From Prasinococcaceae sp. CCMP 1430 (lineage: Eukaryota; Plantae; Prasinodermophyta), in the NCBI GenBank assembly GCA_013416795.1, contig RQSC01001094.1, positions 64,630 through 94,526 on the forward strand: a DNA stretch of 29,897 nt. The letters run 5' to 3'. The notes below the pieces were generated by a model that was not told the DNA's origin, did no database searches, and saw nothing but the letters and a program-made list of their open reading frames with translations. This document shows, piece after piece, positions 1 to 10,511 of the stretch. The position numbers and the translations under genes are program-made. Numbering within the stretch: position 1 is the first letter of the stretch; every line of letters starts with the position of its first letter.

Positions 1-578
1 CGCGCGCGCGGCGGCCGCCGGCGCTGCGGCAAGCCCGCGCCGCCGCAGCAGGCAGCAGCAGCACCGCGACCCCGCGCCACCCCACCGACCGACCGACCGA
101 TCGACCCACAGACCAAAACACCGAAGCAACGATCGGCAGACAACGTTGCGGTTGGCGCACCCCGCCCCGCTGTGCAGCACCTCTATCAGTCACTCGATCA
201 CTCATTCAGCGGCCGGGGCGCGGGGCCGGCCGGGGTCTGACTGACTGGCTGGCTGGTGGCTGACCCGGGCGGGGCCCAGCCAGGCAGAAGAAGCAGCGAG
301 AGCGAGGGGCAGGACGGCGTTGGGGTGATGACGTGGTGCGCGAGGTCGAGCTTGCTCCGAGCCATCGCCGGGGCCTCCTCCTTCGCCCCTTTACTCCCTG
401 GATGAGCCGCCGGGATCTCCGGTTCACACCGCCCTCATTCGGGAGGTGAAAGCGCGCTCACCCGGGGTAAGGCGCCCCCCCTTCCCGGTTTCCCCCCGAC
501 GCGCGCGCTCTCGCGCGCGCGCCGCGCGGCGCCGCGCGTCGCTGGAGCGTGTGGCCCACGTCACGCCAGAGCGGATCG

Positions 579-1082
579 NNNNNNNNNNNNNNNNNNNNNN
601 NNNNNNNNNNNNNNNNNNNNNNNNNNNNNNNNNNNNNNNNNNNNNNNNNNNNNNNNNNNNNNNNNNNNNNNNNNNNNNNNNNNNNNNNNNNNNNNNNNNN
701 NNNNNNNNNNNNNNNNNNNNNNNNNNNNNNNNNNNNNNNNNNNNNNNNNNNNNNNNNNNNNNNNNNNNNNNNNNNNNNNNNNNNNNNNNNNNNNNNNNNN
801 NNNNNNNNNNNNNNNNNNNNNNNNNNNNNNNNNNNNNNNNNNNNNNNNNNNNNNNNNNNNNNNNNNNNNNNNNNNNNNNNNNNNNNNNNNNNNNNNNNNN
901 NNNNNNNNNNNNNNNNNNNNNNNNNNNNNNNNNNNNNNNNNNNNNNNNNNNNNNNNNNNNNNNNNNNNNNNNNNNNNNNNNNNNNNNNNNNNNNNNNNNN
1001 NNNNNNNNNNNNNNNNNNNNNNNNNNNNNNNNNNNNNNNNNNNNNNNNNNNNNNNNNNNNNNNNNNNNNNNNNNNNNNNNNN
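579..1082. other. Assembly gap (504 N)
   Basis: Run of N; ORFs in the track that cross it are not meaningful. Confidence 0.99.
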
Positions 1083-1083
1083 G

Positions 1084-1836
1084 AACACAACACAAATACT
1101 ACTGAACGTCGCCGCGGACGAGCGCCACCGGCGCGTGCTCGCTCGCGCGCTCGTGCGGCACACGCTCGCGGCGTACCACTGCGGCGGCGCCGGGGAGGCG
1201 CCGCCGTCGCCGCGTTCGCTCGCGTTCGCGACGGGCGAGCGCGGGAAGCCCCAGCTGGCGCCCTCTGGGGGCGAAGGCGCTCGTGGCAGCGGCAAGCTAC
1301 CGCAGCCCCAGCTCGAGTTCTCGCTGGCGCACACGCGATCGCTGCTCGCGCTCGCCGTCGCGCCGCGCGGCGTGCGGGTGGGCGTCGACGTGGAGCGCGT
1401 TGGGCGGGAGCCGCGGCGGGGCGTGATGCGGCTCGCGCGCCGGTGGTTCGCGCAGGCGGAGGTGGACGCACTCGAAGCGCTCGGGGACGAGGCGGAGCGC
1501 GCACGGCGCTTCATGGAGCTGTGGACGCTCAAGGAGGCGTATGTGAAGGCGCTAGGCGCCGGTATCGCTGGCGCACCGCTGAACACGTTCGAGGTCGCCG
1601 TCGGCGATGGCGCCCAGGCGACGGCGACGCGCATCGCGCTTCGCGACGAGCAGGCGCGGTGCGGCGGCGATGGGGGGGCGCTGCGCCTGCTCGCGCCCGA
1701 CGAGAGCCACGTGGCGTCTCTGTGCGTTCTCGGCGCAGGCACCGCGCCAGCAGTGAGCGCGTACGCGGCGGTGCCTCTCGAGGGCAGAGAGCGCCTCGAG
1801 CTCGACTGCATCACCGTCGCCGCAGGCCACTGGTGA
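1084..1836 (+). CDS. Sfp/AASDHPPT-type 4'-phosphopantetheinyl transferase, 5'-partial (start in or before the gap)
   Basis: Motifs GERGKPQL, FSLAHT, VGVDVE and LWTLKEAYVKALGAG. The frame is open from the gap edge (NTTQILLNVAADERHRRVLARALVR) to TGA at 1834-1836. Confidence 0.9.
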   Translation, partial: NTTQILLNVAADERHRRVLARALVRHTLAAYHCGGAGEAPPSPRSLAFATGERGKPQLAPSGGEGARGSGKLPQPQLEFSLAHTRSLLALAVAPRGVRVGVDVERVGREPRRGVMRLARRWFAQAEVDALEALGDEAERARRFMELWTLKEAYVKALGAGIAGAPLNTFEVAVGDGAQATATRIALRDEQARCGGDGGALRLLAPDESHVASLCVLGAGTAPAVSAYAAVPLEGRERLELDCITVAAGHW

Positions 1837-1939
1837 GCGCGGCGCGTGGCAGCCGGACTCGCGCACGAACGCGCAGTAGACAAATAATAATTAGCATGAG
1901 TAGGCATCGGGGGCTGCTCCTGTGGGTGCAGGCGCTGCC

Positions 1940-4900
1940 TCAGTCCTTTGCACGAACCCTCAGAGACTTGGCCGCGCCGACGAGCGCGGACGACATGTCG
2001 GCGTGCGATTGCAGATACGACTCGCCCCGTCTGCGCCGACTCTTCTGACGCTCCGCGCGGGCGTCGTCGGCGCCAGCCATTGCGCCAATCCAGTGGGCGC
2101 GCTCCACCCGGGCGAGGGCGCTCACCTGCACCTCGTCGACGCGGAAACGCGACGACGCCACAGACGCCAGGCGCGACGCCCTGGGTGCTGCGTCGAGCGA
2201 GCGCGCCGTGCTGCCCATCGCTTGGCGGACGTTGGCCGAGTCCGGCCAGTCCATCGAAGTGGTGAGCATGCCGCTGTCGTTGAGAGCAGCGGACTCGCAC
2301 AGCGCCAGGGCGAGCGATGCGCCCTCGTCCCCCCTCACGCCCCATCGCATCACGCCGCGGGCGAGGGCGCCGCCCGCCTCAGATGCGCCAACACGAGCCA
2401 CGGAGCCGGAGCCATGCGCGCCGAGCGCGTGCGCGCTCGACAGGATGTCGCAAATGCAAGAGAGCTCTGCAAGCGAGCGAGCGCTCAGCTCTTGTGCGGG
2501 CCGAGCGGCAGCGAGCGCGGCCTTGGACGGCGGCTCGCGCGCGCCATCGGGTTGCACGCGTGTGCCGCCCACGTCCGTGCCCAGCGCCTTCGTCGCGTCC
2601 ACTGCCGCCGAGGGCGCCGGCGTACAGACGCAGCTGTTTTCCTTGCCGGATGGCAGCTCGGGGGAGACCTCCGCGGATGTCGCCGCCTCGGAGTCTTTGG
2701 AGGGTTCGGGCGGCGTGTCGGGCTCAAGGGCGCCATCGACTCCGGCAGGAACGTGCCGAGAGTCGCCAGAGGGTTCCGGTGGTGTGTTCGCCTCAACCGT
2801 GCGATCATCAGCAGCGGTTGGCTCGCTCCCGTGTGCACCCTCCTCGCAGGCGTTCGCCGCATCGGGCGCGTCCTCATCGCATATCGCCCCATCCGCGTCA
2901 GCGCGCGCACCCTCCTCCTGCATCTCGTCGTCGCTGCTCGAGTCGGCGATCTCGTCATCACGCAGTGCCTCCATCGACAGCCTGAGCTCATCCTGGGCGC
3001 GCGCATCCGCGGCCGCCTCGGCCACCAAAGTCTGCGCCCACGCCGCGTCGATCCACTCGCCATACGCCTGACCGGCGCGCCAGGACACGTAGGCTGCGGC
3101 AGGGTGGCCAGGGCACGGCGTGAGGCGGCCGTGCTCGCGCTCCGGGCGCACGCCGACGAGCGGCAGCGCACGGTGCGCAGCTCCCGATGCCAGCATGCGC
3201 GACTCGGACTCGACGATGTGGTTGGCGCCGAGCGGCAGACGCCGATCAACACCCGGCGGCCCGGCGCGGCCGTCGGTGTCTGCGGGCGCCGCGCTCTCTC
3301 GCGCGTGCTGCAGCCACAGCTGCGTCTCGTTCAGCACCTTGCGGATGTCGCCGCGTGCTCGCTCTGCGACTGCGACGAGATTGCCCAGTGGCACGTCAAC
3401 TCCTTGCGCGAGGCAGACCATCGATATCAGCTTGGCCACCGACGCCACGTTCGGGCGATTGAACTTGACGGTCCTCATCACGCTGGATGGCAGACTCAGT
3501 GGCACTGGCGCGTTCGACGTGAGCACGATCGGTCGCTTGGTGTCGCTCATCAGCGCCGCCACCGCGGCCAGAAACCCGCGGTCGTCCGCGCACAGCGTGT
3601 CGACCTCCTCGAACAAGATGATGGCCTTCTGATCCGCCCGCATTTGAGGTCCCCCACTCATCGCGGCTGGGGCCGCTGCACCACCCGCTGCCTTCGCGCG
3701 CGGCTTTGCCTTGCCCTTCCCGGCGGCGCCCTTGGCGGCCACGGTCCCGCCGCCGTCGGCCTGCGCAGCCTCCACCTTCGGTTTTCTCTTGCCGCTGCGC
3801 GAGCGCTTCGGCTTGGCGTCGTCGGTCTTCGTCTCAACCGGCTGCTTGCGCTTCCCACGCGCGTTGTGGTCAGCCGTCACCGCCTTGTGAGCCGCAGCGC
3901 GCTCGGCCTTCGCCTTTGATCCTGCACCTTCGCCCACGACCCCAGCAACTGCTGCTGCGGTAGGTCGCAACGAGCCGTCCAGGCCGGACGCCGACATCCG
4001 CGAGAGACCTCGGCTCTGTGTCGCCTCGCCAATCAGCCCCATGATGCTGTGGCCAGTGCGCTTGTCGCTGCCGTTGATCTCGATGACCGCGAATCCGAGC
4101 TCCGCCGCGCAGGCATACACGGCGGCCGTCTTGCCGCTGCCGATCGGACCCTGCAGGAGCATCGCGGGCGGGGTGTCTTTGTCGCGCGGCGACCATCCGT
4201 CCTCCTCGGAGCTCTCGAAGTCGTCGTCCATGCTGTCATATTCATCCTCGGGGGCTCTTCCCCTGTCATCGCACGCTCGCCGCTTGCCACCACCGCCTCC
4301 GCCCGGCTCGTCACCGCGCTCGTCGACGATCCTCCCCAACCACTTTCCAAGCCAGCTGCTGAGAGCGCCCACCTGCTCCTTGTTGCCACACACCTCATCT
4401 GCCCGCAGGGGCTTGTACAACTCGGACCAGAGCTGCCCGATCGCCTCGGGCGCTCTCCTCCGACGCGTGAGGCGGTCGAGCGCCTCCGCATCGCAGCCAC
4501 CAGGAGCCGCATCGCGCTGCGTTGCCTGTGCGGCGATCGCTCGCAGCCGCGGCTGCACCTCATCAGCTCTGAGCATCCTCGGCGGTGGGTGTGCACCGCG
4601 TGCACCCGCACCAGCGCGCGCCAACGTTAGCATTTCGGGCGGGAGGATGTGCTCAGGCACGTCGCTCGCATCCGGTGGGGGCGGAGGCGCGATGTGGCGT
4701 AGCGGCTCCGCATCGGCCCCAGGCCAGTAGAGCGGCGCGTGGGCGGTAGGGAGCTGCGTCACGTGGTACGGAGCTGCGGGCTCGGTCATCGATCCGATCT
4801 TCTTCACGGTGCCGCCCGGGCCCCGTGCGCGCCCGGTGGCCGCCGGTTGTCTCTTCATTGTAAAGAAGGAGTGCGTCTTCTTCCCTTCGTTCATCACCCT

Positions 4901-5704
4901 ACAGATTTCCCTGGATTGTTCGATGCTCTTGCGAAGCGCGGCGGCGCTGGCCTCCTTCTTCTTGTCCATGCGCTGCGCGGTCGTGAGGAACATGTCGTGC
5001 ACCGGGGGCTTCGGGCCCGACGGAGCGGGTGTCGCCGCGGCCTGTCCGTCCTGCTGAGGCTGGCTGGCGGGATCTTCGGGTTCTGACGGCTCCGCCTGCT
5101 CTGGCGTCGTCCTGCCTCCCAGCTTAGCCTTGGCGAAGAAGGGGTGCACAGCCACCTTCTTGTCGCTGCCTTGCCGCGCCTTCTTCCTGACCCCGCTTCT
5201 GCTTTTCCGTTTCTTTTGCTGCGCTGCGCCGTCGGCGGGAGGTCCCGCCGCCTCAGCAGCCACCTCGGTGGCGGCCCGAGCGCTCTCGGCGGCGGCCTGG
5301 GCCACGGCCGCCGCTGGCGCCGCCTTCGGTCGCTCCGAGGCCACCGCATTCCCGCCGTCGTCCACAATCTGTACCGCCAGCCCCTTCTCTGCCAGCGCAT
5401 TTGCAATGGCCTGCGCCCTCGCCTCGGTAACCACGTACTCCCCTGCCACTGCCTGCGCGTTGCGCACCGCCGCGCGCTCCTCAAGGGCCTGCACGCGCCC
5501 AGACCGCCGCCGATGGCGCTCGCCTGGCGACTTGGCGGGCGTGTCTTCTGGGTTTGGCGGCGTCTCCGGCACGCCGGTGAGCACGACCGCGTCGTCGCCA
5601 GCGCTGCCGTCACGGGCGTCGGCATCTACCGCCGCCGCTTCGATCGCTTCCGCGCAAGCGGCCGCCCTGCCGCCGTCCGTGCCTGCTTCAACCTCATTGT
5701 CCAC
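1940..5704 (-). CDS. ATAD5: ATAD5/ELG1-like large subunit of the RFC-like PCNA unloader (AAA+); true start unresolved, frame open upstream to ~6046
   Basis: LWSELYKP, Walker A GPIGSGKTAAVYACAAELGFAVIEING, ATAD5-type Walker B IILFEEVD, TKRPIVLTSN and RGDIRK, plus a long low-complexity N-terminus. Confidence 0.88.
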   Translation of the reverse strand: MDNEVEAGTDGGRAAACAEAIEAAAVDADARDGSAGDDAVVLTGVPETPPNPEDTPAKSPGERHRRRSGRVQALEERAAVRNAQAVAGEYVVTEARAQAIANALAEKGLAVQIVDDGGNAVASERPKAAPAAAVAQAAAESARAATEVAAEAAGPPADGAAQQKKRKSRSGVRKKARQGSDKKVAVHPFFAKAKLGGRTTPEQAEPSEPEDPASQPQQDGQAAATPAPSGPKPPVHDMFLTTAQRMDKKKEASAAALRKSIEQSREICRVMNEGKKTHSFFTMKRQPAATGRARGPGGTVKKIGSMTEPAAPYHVTQLPTAHAPLYWPGADAEPLRHIAPPPPPDASDVPEHILPPEMLTLARAGAGARGAHPPPRMLRADEVQPRLRAIAAQATQRDAAPGGCDAEALDRLTRRRRAPEAIGQLWSELYKPLRADEVCGNKEQVGALSSWLGKWLGRIVDERGDEPGGGGGGKRRACDDRGRAPEDEYDSMDDDFESSEEDGWSPRDKDTPPAMLLQGPIGSGKTAAVYACAAELGFAVIEINGSDKRTGHSIMGLIGEATQSRGLSRMSASGLDGSLRPTAAAVAGVVGEGAGSKAKAERAAAHKAVTADHNARGKRKQPVETKTDDAKPKRSRSGKRKPKVEAAQADGGGTVAAKGAAGKGKAKPRAKAAGGAAAPAAMSGGPQMRADQKAIILFEEVDTLCADDRGFLAAVAALMSDTKRPIVLTSNAPVPLSLPSSVMRTVKFNRPNVASVAKLISMVCLAQGVDVPLGNLVAVAERARGDIRKVLNETQLWLQHARESAAPADTDGRAGPPGVDRRLPLGANHIVESESRMLASGAAHRALPLVGVRPEREHGRLTPCPGHPAAAYVSWRAGQAYGEWIDAAWAQTLVAEAAADARAQDELRLSMEALRDDEIADSSSDDEMQEEGARADADGAICDEDAPDAANACEEGAHGSEPTAADDRTVEANTPPEPSGDSRHVPAGVDGALEPDTPPEPSKDSEAATSAEVSPELPSGKENSCVCTPAPSAAVDATKALGTDVGGTRVQPDGAREPPSKAALAAARPAQELSARSLAELSCICDILSSAHALGAHGSGSVARVGASEAGGALARGVMRWGVRGDEGASLALALCESAALNDSGMLTTSMDWPDSANVRQAMGSTARSLDAAPRASRLASVASSRFRVDEVQVSALARVERAHWIGAMAGADDARAERQKSRRRRGESYLQSHADMSSALVGAAKSLRVRAKD

Positions 5705-6411
5705 CGCCGATGCGTGAGCTCCGCCGGCCCACAGCGGAGTGTCCCCCGGCTCCGTCGCAGGCTCTGGCTGCGGCCGCGTCGCCTGCTCTGGCCGCGGCTC
5801 CGGGACCGGGATCGGCCGGGAACCCGGCTCCGCCTCTACGCCGCCGCCATCAGCGCCATCTTCTGCCTCCCCAGCCTGCGGCGCGGGCTCGTGCGACGCG
5901 GGCTCTGCCGCCTCCCCGTCCCCGTCGCGCCCGCCCGCCCGCCCGCCGGGCAGTGATGACCAGACCGCGCGCGACAGCCCGTCCCCATCCGATCCCCACC
6001 TCGCGCCGCCGAAGCGCGCGCCGCGCGCAGTGGCTGCGCGGCGCGCCTAGATCGGTTTCCGCCCCAAACAGCAGCGCAACTCTGACTGACGACTGATTCG
6101 GATTCGCATTTTCGGATCCGGAGGTCCAGGTCCGCGATGCGCTCGAATGCCTCATGCGGGGTGTGTGTGTCGTTTGCATGAGCGCTCTCCCGTGCGTAAT
6201 TATGAAGTATATAGTCTATGGTGGGTATATCTCATTTGGCGTGTGGCGTTCGGTGCGAGGGGTGCGGCGCGGCGCGGCAGAGGGCGCGCGGGGAGCGCGC
6301 GCGGGGAGCGAGGGGAGGGGGGGGTCCCGACCTGCGCGCTCCCGCCCCCCCTTGTCTTCTCTTTCCCTTCCCGCTGGGCGAGCCCGGGCGCGCCGGGTGC
6401 GGCGAGGGGCC

Positions 6412-7619
6412 ATGGCGGCGGCGGCGAGGGCCCTCGCGGCTGCAGGTGAACTACAAGCCCACCTTCGTGCAGGGGGCATCTGCGGCAGAGACCAGGCATC
6501 ACCGACGACGGCGGCGCCGCGCGGCAGGTGCTCGCCGACGTGGGCGTCAGCGGCGTGGCGTGGGCTGCCGAGGCAGCAGCCCTCGCAGAGGCCGCGGCCG
6601 AGGCCGCCGCCGCCGCCGGGGGATCCACCGAGAGAGGGGCACGACGCCATGCGGAGTGCGTCCGCAAGCTGCCCGCCCGAGCGCGAGCGGCCGTCGCTCG
6701 CTCGCTCGCAGGCGCAGCGAGTGCTGCCGATGGCGGCGATGCCGACGGCATCGCTCGCGTGGCGCATGACCTTCTAGCTGAGCTCGCCGCTGAGCGGCCC
6801 TGGGCGCACGGCTCAGACTCGGAGCTGAGCGCTTGGTGGCTCGCTCACCCCAAGGCACACGCGGGCGCGGTCGACAGAGCAGTGGCCGCAATCGCGCGGA
6901 CCGCTGGTTCAGAACCAGCGGACTCCGCCACCGCTGACGCCGACGTGCTGCAGCTCGCGCGCGGCGCGACGAGGGACCCGCTGGTGTATGCGGCCACGCA
7001 CAGGCGCTTGCGCCTGTGGCTCCGCAAGTCCAGCGGGCATGACAGTGTGTGGAGGCTTCTCTCGTCACTCGCCGCTCAGGCGAGGGCACAGGCAGTGGGC
7101 CGCGCGCGACGCCTGGGAATGTCCGCGGCAGCCGCCATCTCTGAGCTGTACCCCTTAGGCGCAGAGAGCTTGGCGCGAGCGTCGTGCAACACCCCATCCA
7201 AGACAGCGCTGCTCGCACTAGCGGCAGAGCTACAAGCGTTCTGCGATGCGGGCGCGGAGGCGAGCGCACACTCGCGCGGTGACCGTGAAGACGCGGCGTG
7301 GATGGTGCTGCTCGACTCAGGGGTGGAGTGGGAGCTCTTTTGTCTGCGCGAGCTCGAGGAGCGGAGGCAGCAAGTTGACGGGCGACAATGTGCGGACGGT
7401 GCTGCTGGTGCGGGGACGAGAGGGGAGCACGTGTCCCACGACCCTGTGATGAGCGCAGCTGCTGCGTTCGTCGCGCGACTCCTGGCTCCCATCAGCGGCG
7501 GGGTGAGCATCGGCGATGTGTGTGACGGCCTATTGCACGCAGAGCACGGGCCTCGACGAGCGCGCGAGTGGCGCGAGCGCAGAGGCCTTCGTGCTGAGGG
7601 CTTGGACGTGGTGTCATGA
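6412..7619 (+). CDS. Hypothetical Ala-rich helical protein; probable first exon 6412-6445 and 50-nt intron 6446-6495
   Basis: 363-codon ORF with coding-like composition. ATG 6412 joins the main frame via GTGAAC...ACCAG. No family recognised. Confidence 0.55.
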
Positions 7620-7734
7620 CCGCGCAGCTGCCGCTAGTAAGCGAGATCTCCAACGCCCACCCCCTTGGCTGTGAATCTTACAGCCCGCGCGGCGCAGGCG
7701 CAGCAAGCTGCCCGAAGCGGCTCCCCCTGCGCTG

Positions 7735-9381
7735 CTACGCCTCGAGTTCTCGCAGTGCCTGCACTGCACCCTCCAGTGCAATTGCCCAGTGCGTCCAGGT
7801 GGTCGCACCCTGGCAATACGCGCAGAAGGGCTCCCGCAACGGTCCATCCGCGCTCAGCTCGGCCGTGGAGCCCTCAATAAATGTGCCGTCGGCGAAGAGA
7901 ACCTCGTCCTCGTACCCATTGGTCGCGCCAGGCACCGGTGACACGTACGAGCCCACCGGCGAGCGCTTTTGAATGGCAGCACAGAATGCCTGCAGCGCTC
8001 CCGCGGAGCGCAGCTCGACCGACTGAATGATGTCGAAGCGCCTGTCGGTGGGCATCGGGCTCACCGAGTAGCCCTCGTTGTGCATGACCTGCGCCACGAG
8101 GATGGCCCCTTTGAGCGCCTCGCCCACCATCTGCGGCGACAGGAAGAGCCCCTGCAAGATGAGCCGCCTGTCCGTCGCACTGCAGGTCCCAGCGTCGAAG
8201 CCCACGCCGGGCGCGCTCATGCGCGCCACGGCGTTGAGCACGGCATCCTTGCGCCCTGCAACGTAGCCACCGCCCCTAGCGATGGTCCCACCGGGGTTCT
8301 TGATCAGACTGCCTGCGATGAGGTCCACGTGCTTGCTCACGCAGGGCTCGTTTCGCTCGGTGAACTCGCCATAGCAATTGTCAACGACCACCACGCAGTC
8401 CGGATTGGCCGCCTTGACGACGGCGGCCGCAGCGTCAATCTCCGCCACAGAGAGAGTGCGGCGCTCGGCATACCCGCGCGAGCGCTGGATGAGCGCGCAC
8501 GTGGTTCGAGGCCCCACAGCCGCACGCACAGCAGCGAGATCCACGCCTCCATCAGCGTCGAGCTCCGCCTCACGGTAGCTCACGCCGAGCTCCCTCAGCG
8601 AGCCATCTCCCTCGCGCCCGCGCAGGCCGATGACCTCCTCCATGGTGTCATACGGATGGCCTGCCACAGCGAGCAGCTCGTCACCCGGCCGAAGTGCGCC
8701 GTAGAGCGCGCACGCGATGGCGTGCGTCCCCGACACAAACTGCGGTCGCACAGCCGCGAACTCCGCGCCGGTTATCTGCGCGAAAACGGCATCCGTGGTC
8801 TCGCGGCCCATGTCCTCGTGTCCGTAGCCGGAACTCTCGGTGCTCGAGTGCAGGCCCACGCGCGCCGCGGCAAACGCATCGAGAACTTTGCGCAGGTTGT
8901 GCTGCACGAGCGCATCCACCTCGTCAAAAGACGGCCGCACCGCGGCCGCCGCCGCGGCGACCGCTGCCGCGGCAGTCGACGAGTCCTCCTTCGGCGCGTC
9001 GATGGCAACAGCCGCATCAACAGCGCTGGAGGCGCGTGCCTGAGCCTCACGCCGCACAGCCCGCCCTGCCCTCTCATCCATTGAGGCACGCCCGCCCTTG
9101 CCGCGCACGAGCGCAGCAGCTGCCCGTGCACCCCCGCCGCTGCGTCCGCCGCCGCCGCAGCCGCCGCCCCACATCCTGCTGCCACGCCTGCGGCCCGCGG
9201 CGCGCGGCGGCGGAAGCAGAGGCCGCACCGCGGCGAGCGTGCCCACAGGCCGGCCGCGCGGCGTGGCGCTCTCTGGCAGCGCCCGCCGCAGGTGCACGCA
9301 CAGGGAGGGGGGTCGTGAGGGACGTGTGAGGCCACGGATGAGGGTTTGCGGTTTGGGTTTCAGTTCAGGACTTACCATCAT
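7735..9381 (-). CDS. PLP-dependent aluminium-resistance/YnbB (cystathionine beta-lyase/Met gamma-lyase-like) family protein with an N-terminal extension, possibly a transit peptide
   Basis: SGYGHEDMGRE, VRPQFVSGTHAI, LRPGDELL, PYDTMEEVIG, IQRSRGY, VDNCYGEF, DLIAGSLIKNPGG (PLP Lys) and AGTFIEGS-like ADGTFIEGSTAELSADGPLREP. ATGATG at 9381-9376 is followed directly by a GTAAGT donor, so the 5' exon structure is uncertain. Confidence 0.9.
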   Translation of the reverse strand: MMVSPELKPKPQTLIRGLTRPSRPPSLCVHLRRALPESATPRGRPVGTLAAVRPLLPPPRAAGRRRGSRMWGGGCGGGGRSGGGARAAAALVRGKGGRASMDERAGRAVRREAQARASSAVDAAVAIDAPKEDSSTAAAAVAAAAAAVRPSFDEVDALVQHNLRKVLDAFAAARVGLHSSTESSGYGHEDMGRETTDAVFAQITGAEFAAVRPQFVSGTHAIACALYGALRPGDELLAVAGHPYDTMEEVIGLRGREGDGSLRELGVSYREAELDADGGVDLAAVRAAVGPRTTCALIQRSRGYAERRTLSVAEIDAAAAVVKAANPDCVVVVDNCYGEFTERNEPCVSKHVDLIAGSLIKNPGGTIARGGGYVAGRKDAVLNAVARMSAPGVGFDAGTCSATDRRLILQGLFLSPQMVGEALKGAILVAQVMHNEGYSVSPMPTDRRFDIIQSVELRSAGALQAFCAAIQKRSPVGSYVSPVPGATNGYEDEVLFADGTFIEGSTAELSADGPLREPFCAYCQGATTWTHWAIALEGAVQALRELEA

Positions 9382-9510
9382 GGTACAGTACTGTGAGGAC
9401 GTGCGCACATCACGTAAAATATTTAGGGTATCATACATACAGGGTTTATGTGTAATCACATGCACTGGGCGCCGGCGCTGCACCGACGGTGGCCCCCGTC
9501 ACGACACGGC

Positions 9511-10257
9511 TCAAGAGCGAGTGTACTCGCGCGTGACGTAGTACTTTGGCGACGAGTCGAGCCTCAAGTGCAGGTATGACACGCCTGCCCCCGATGTGGA
9601 CACCCAAAGTGGGCGCGAGCCTCGCTCCTCGGCTCTTGCCAGGGCGGCGGCAGCTGTTGCGCGCAACAAGGCTCGCCGGGCGGCGCGAGGCGCGCCCTTG
9701 AAGAAAGTGGCCGCGTGGGCATACACGCGAGCATCGACGCCGGGCTGCTCGCATGGTGCAATTAACACTGCATCCCCACCAAGATTCTCGAACGTCGCGG
9801 TGGCGTCGCCGCGCGAGCATGCGGCAGCTGTGTGCGCCGAGAAAGTGTGCTGATCGACCTCCACGCCCTCGAGCACTCGCGCACGTGCGAGCACGAACTC
9901 GAACGGTGGGTCGACGGAGGCAGACGCAGGCGGCAGCTCCCAAAAGTACGCCTCGAGCTCGCAGCGCTCGAGCGCTTCCAGCACAGCGACTGCGATGCGG
10001 TCGTCTTCATCATCACTTGCCATCCCTTCCATCGCCGCACGCCAGCGCAGCGGCGTCTCTGCCACATACTTCGTCGCCGCCGCGCCCAGCCGCGTTCGCG
10101 CGAAACGCAGCATAGGCACGCGTTCTGCGTCACCCCCTCGCTCAAGGACCTCGACGGATGGCCACGGACGGGTCGCGGAGCGCAACAATCCGAGCGAGAC
10201 GAGCCCGAGAACAGCAGCGGCGACGGCGAGCGCTCCCGCGCGGATGTGCTCCTGCAT
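9511..10257 (-). CDS. DUF6940-like protein with an N-terminal hydrophobic segment
   Basis: AYFWELPP, FEFVL, FENLGGDAVLIAP and C-terminal LWVSTSGAGVSYLHLRLDSSPKYY match my recollection of this uncharacterised family. ATG at 10257. Confidence 0.65.
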   Translation of the reverse strand: MQEHIRAGALAVAAAVLGLVSLGLLRSATRPWPSVEVLERGGDAERVPMLRFARTRLGAAATKYVAETPLRWRAAMEGMASDDEDDRIAVAVLEALERCELEAYFWELPPASASVDPPFEFVLARARVLEGVEVDQHTFSAHTAAACSRGDATATFENLGGDAVLIAPCEQPGVDARVYAHAATFFKGAPRAARRALLRATAAAALARAEERGSRPLWVSTSGAGVSYLHLRLDSSPKYYVTREYTRS

Positions 10258-10511
10258 CGCGCGCTGTGTGGCGCCTCGCGCAAGATGGAGCCAATCCAGC
10301 CTTCCAAACAAAAACTTTGACGCCCGGCAAGTTGCGCGCCCACGCCCGCAAAGGTCATCCTCCGTGCCTTCACGGCTTGAGATGAATGGGAGCAGTCAGG
10401 GGCGCAAGCCCACGCGCCTCGGCCGGGCCGTGTATCGCAAAATTGTATTACTCTCCGCTGGGGGCATCATTCGCGTCGCCCGAGGCAATCTACCTCGCAC
10501 TGCGCGGTCCA

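Noticed and set aside
1-430. Possible minus-strand exon (EPEIPAAHPGSKGAKEEAPAMARSKLDLAHHVIT) and the GACC/CTGG microsatellites
   Set aside because: No recognisable family and no consistent splice model; too little context at the window edge.
424-2345. Long ORFs crossing the first N gap
   Set aside because: They stay open only because N codons translate as X.
2690-2790. Short internal repeat TPPEPSxDS x2 in ATAD5
   Set aside because: An ordinary degenerate duplication in a disordered region.
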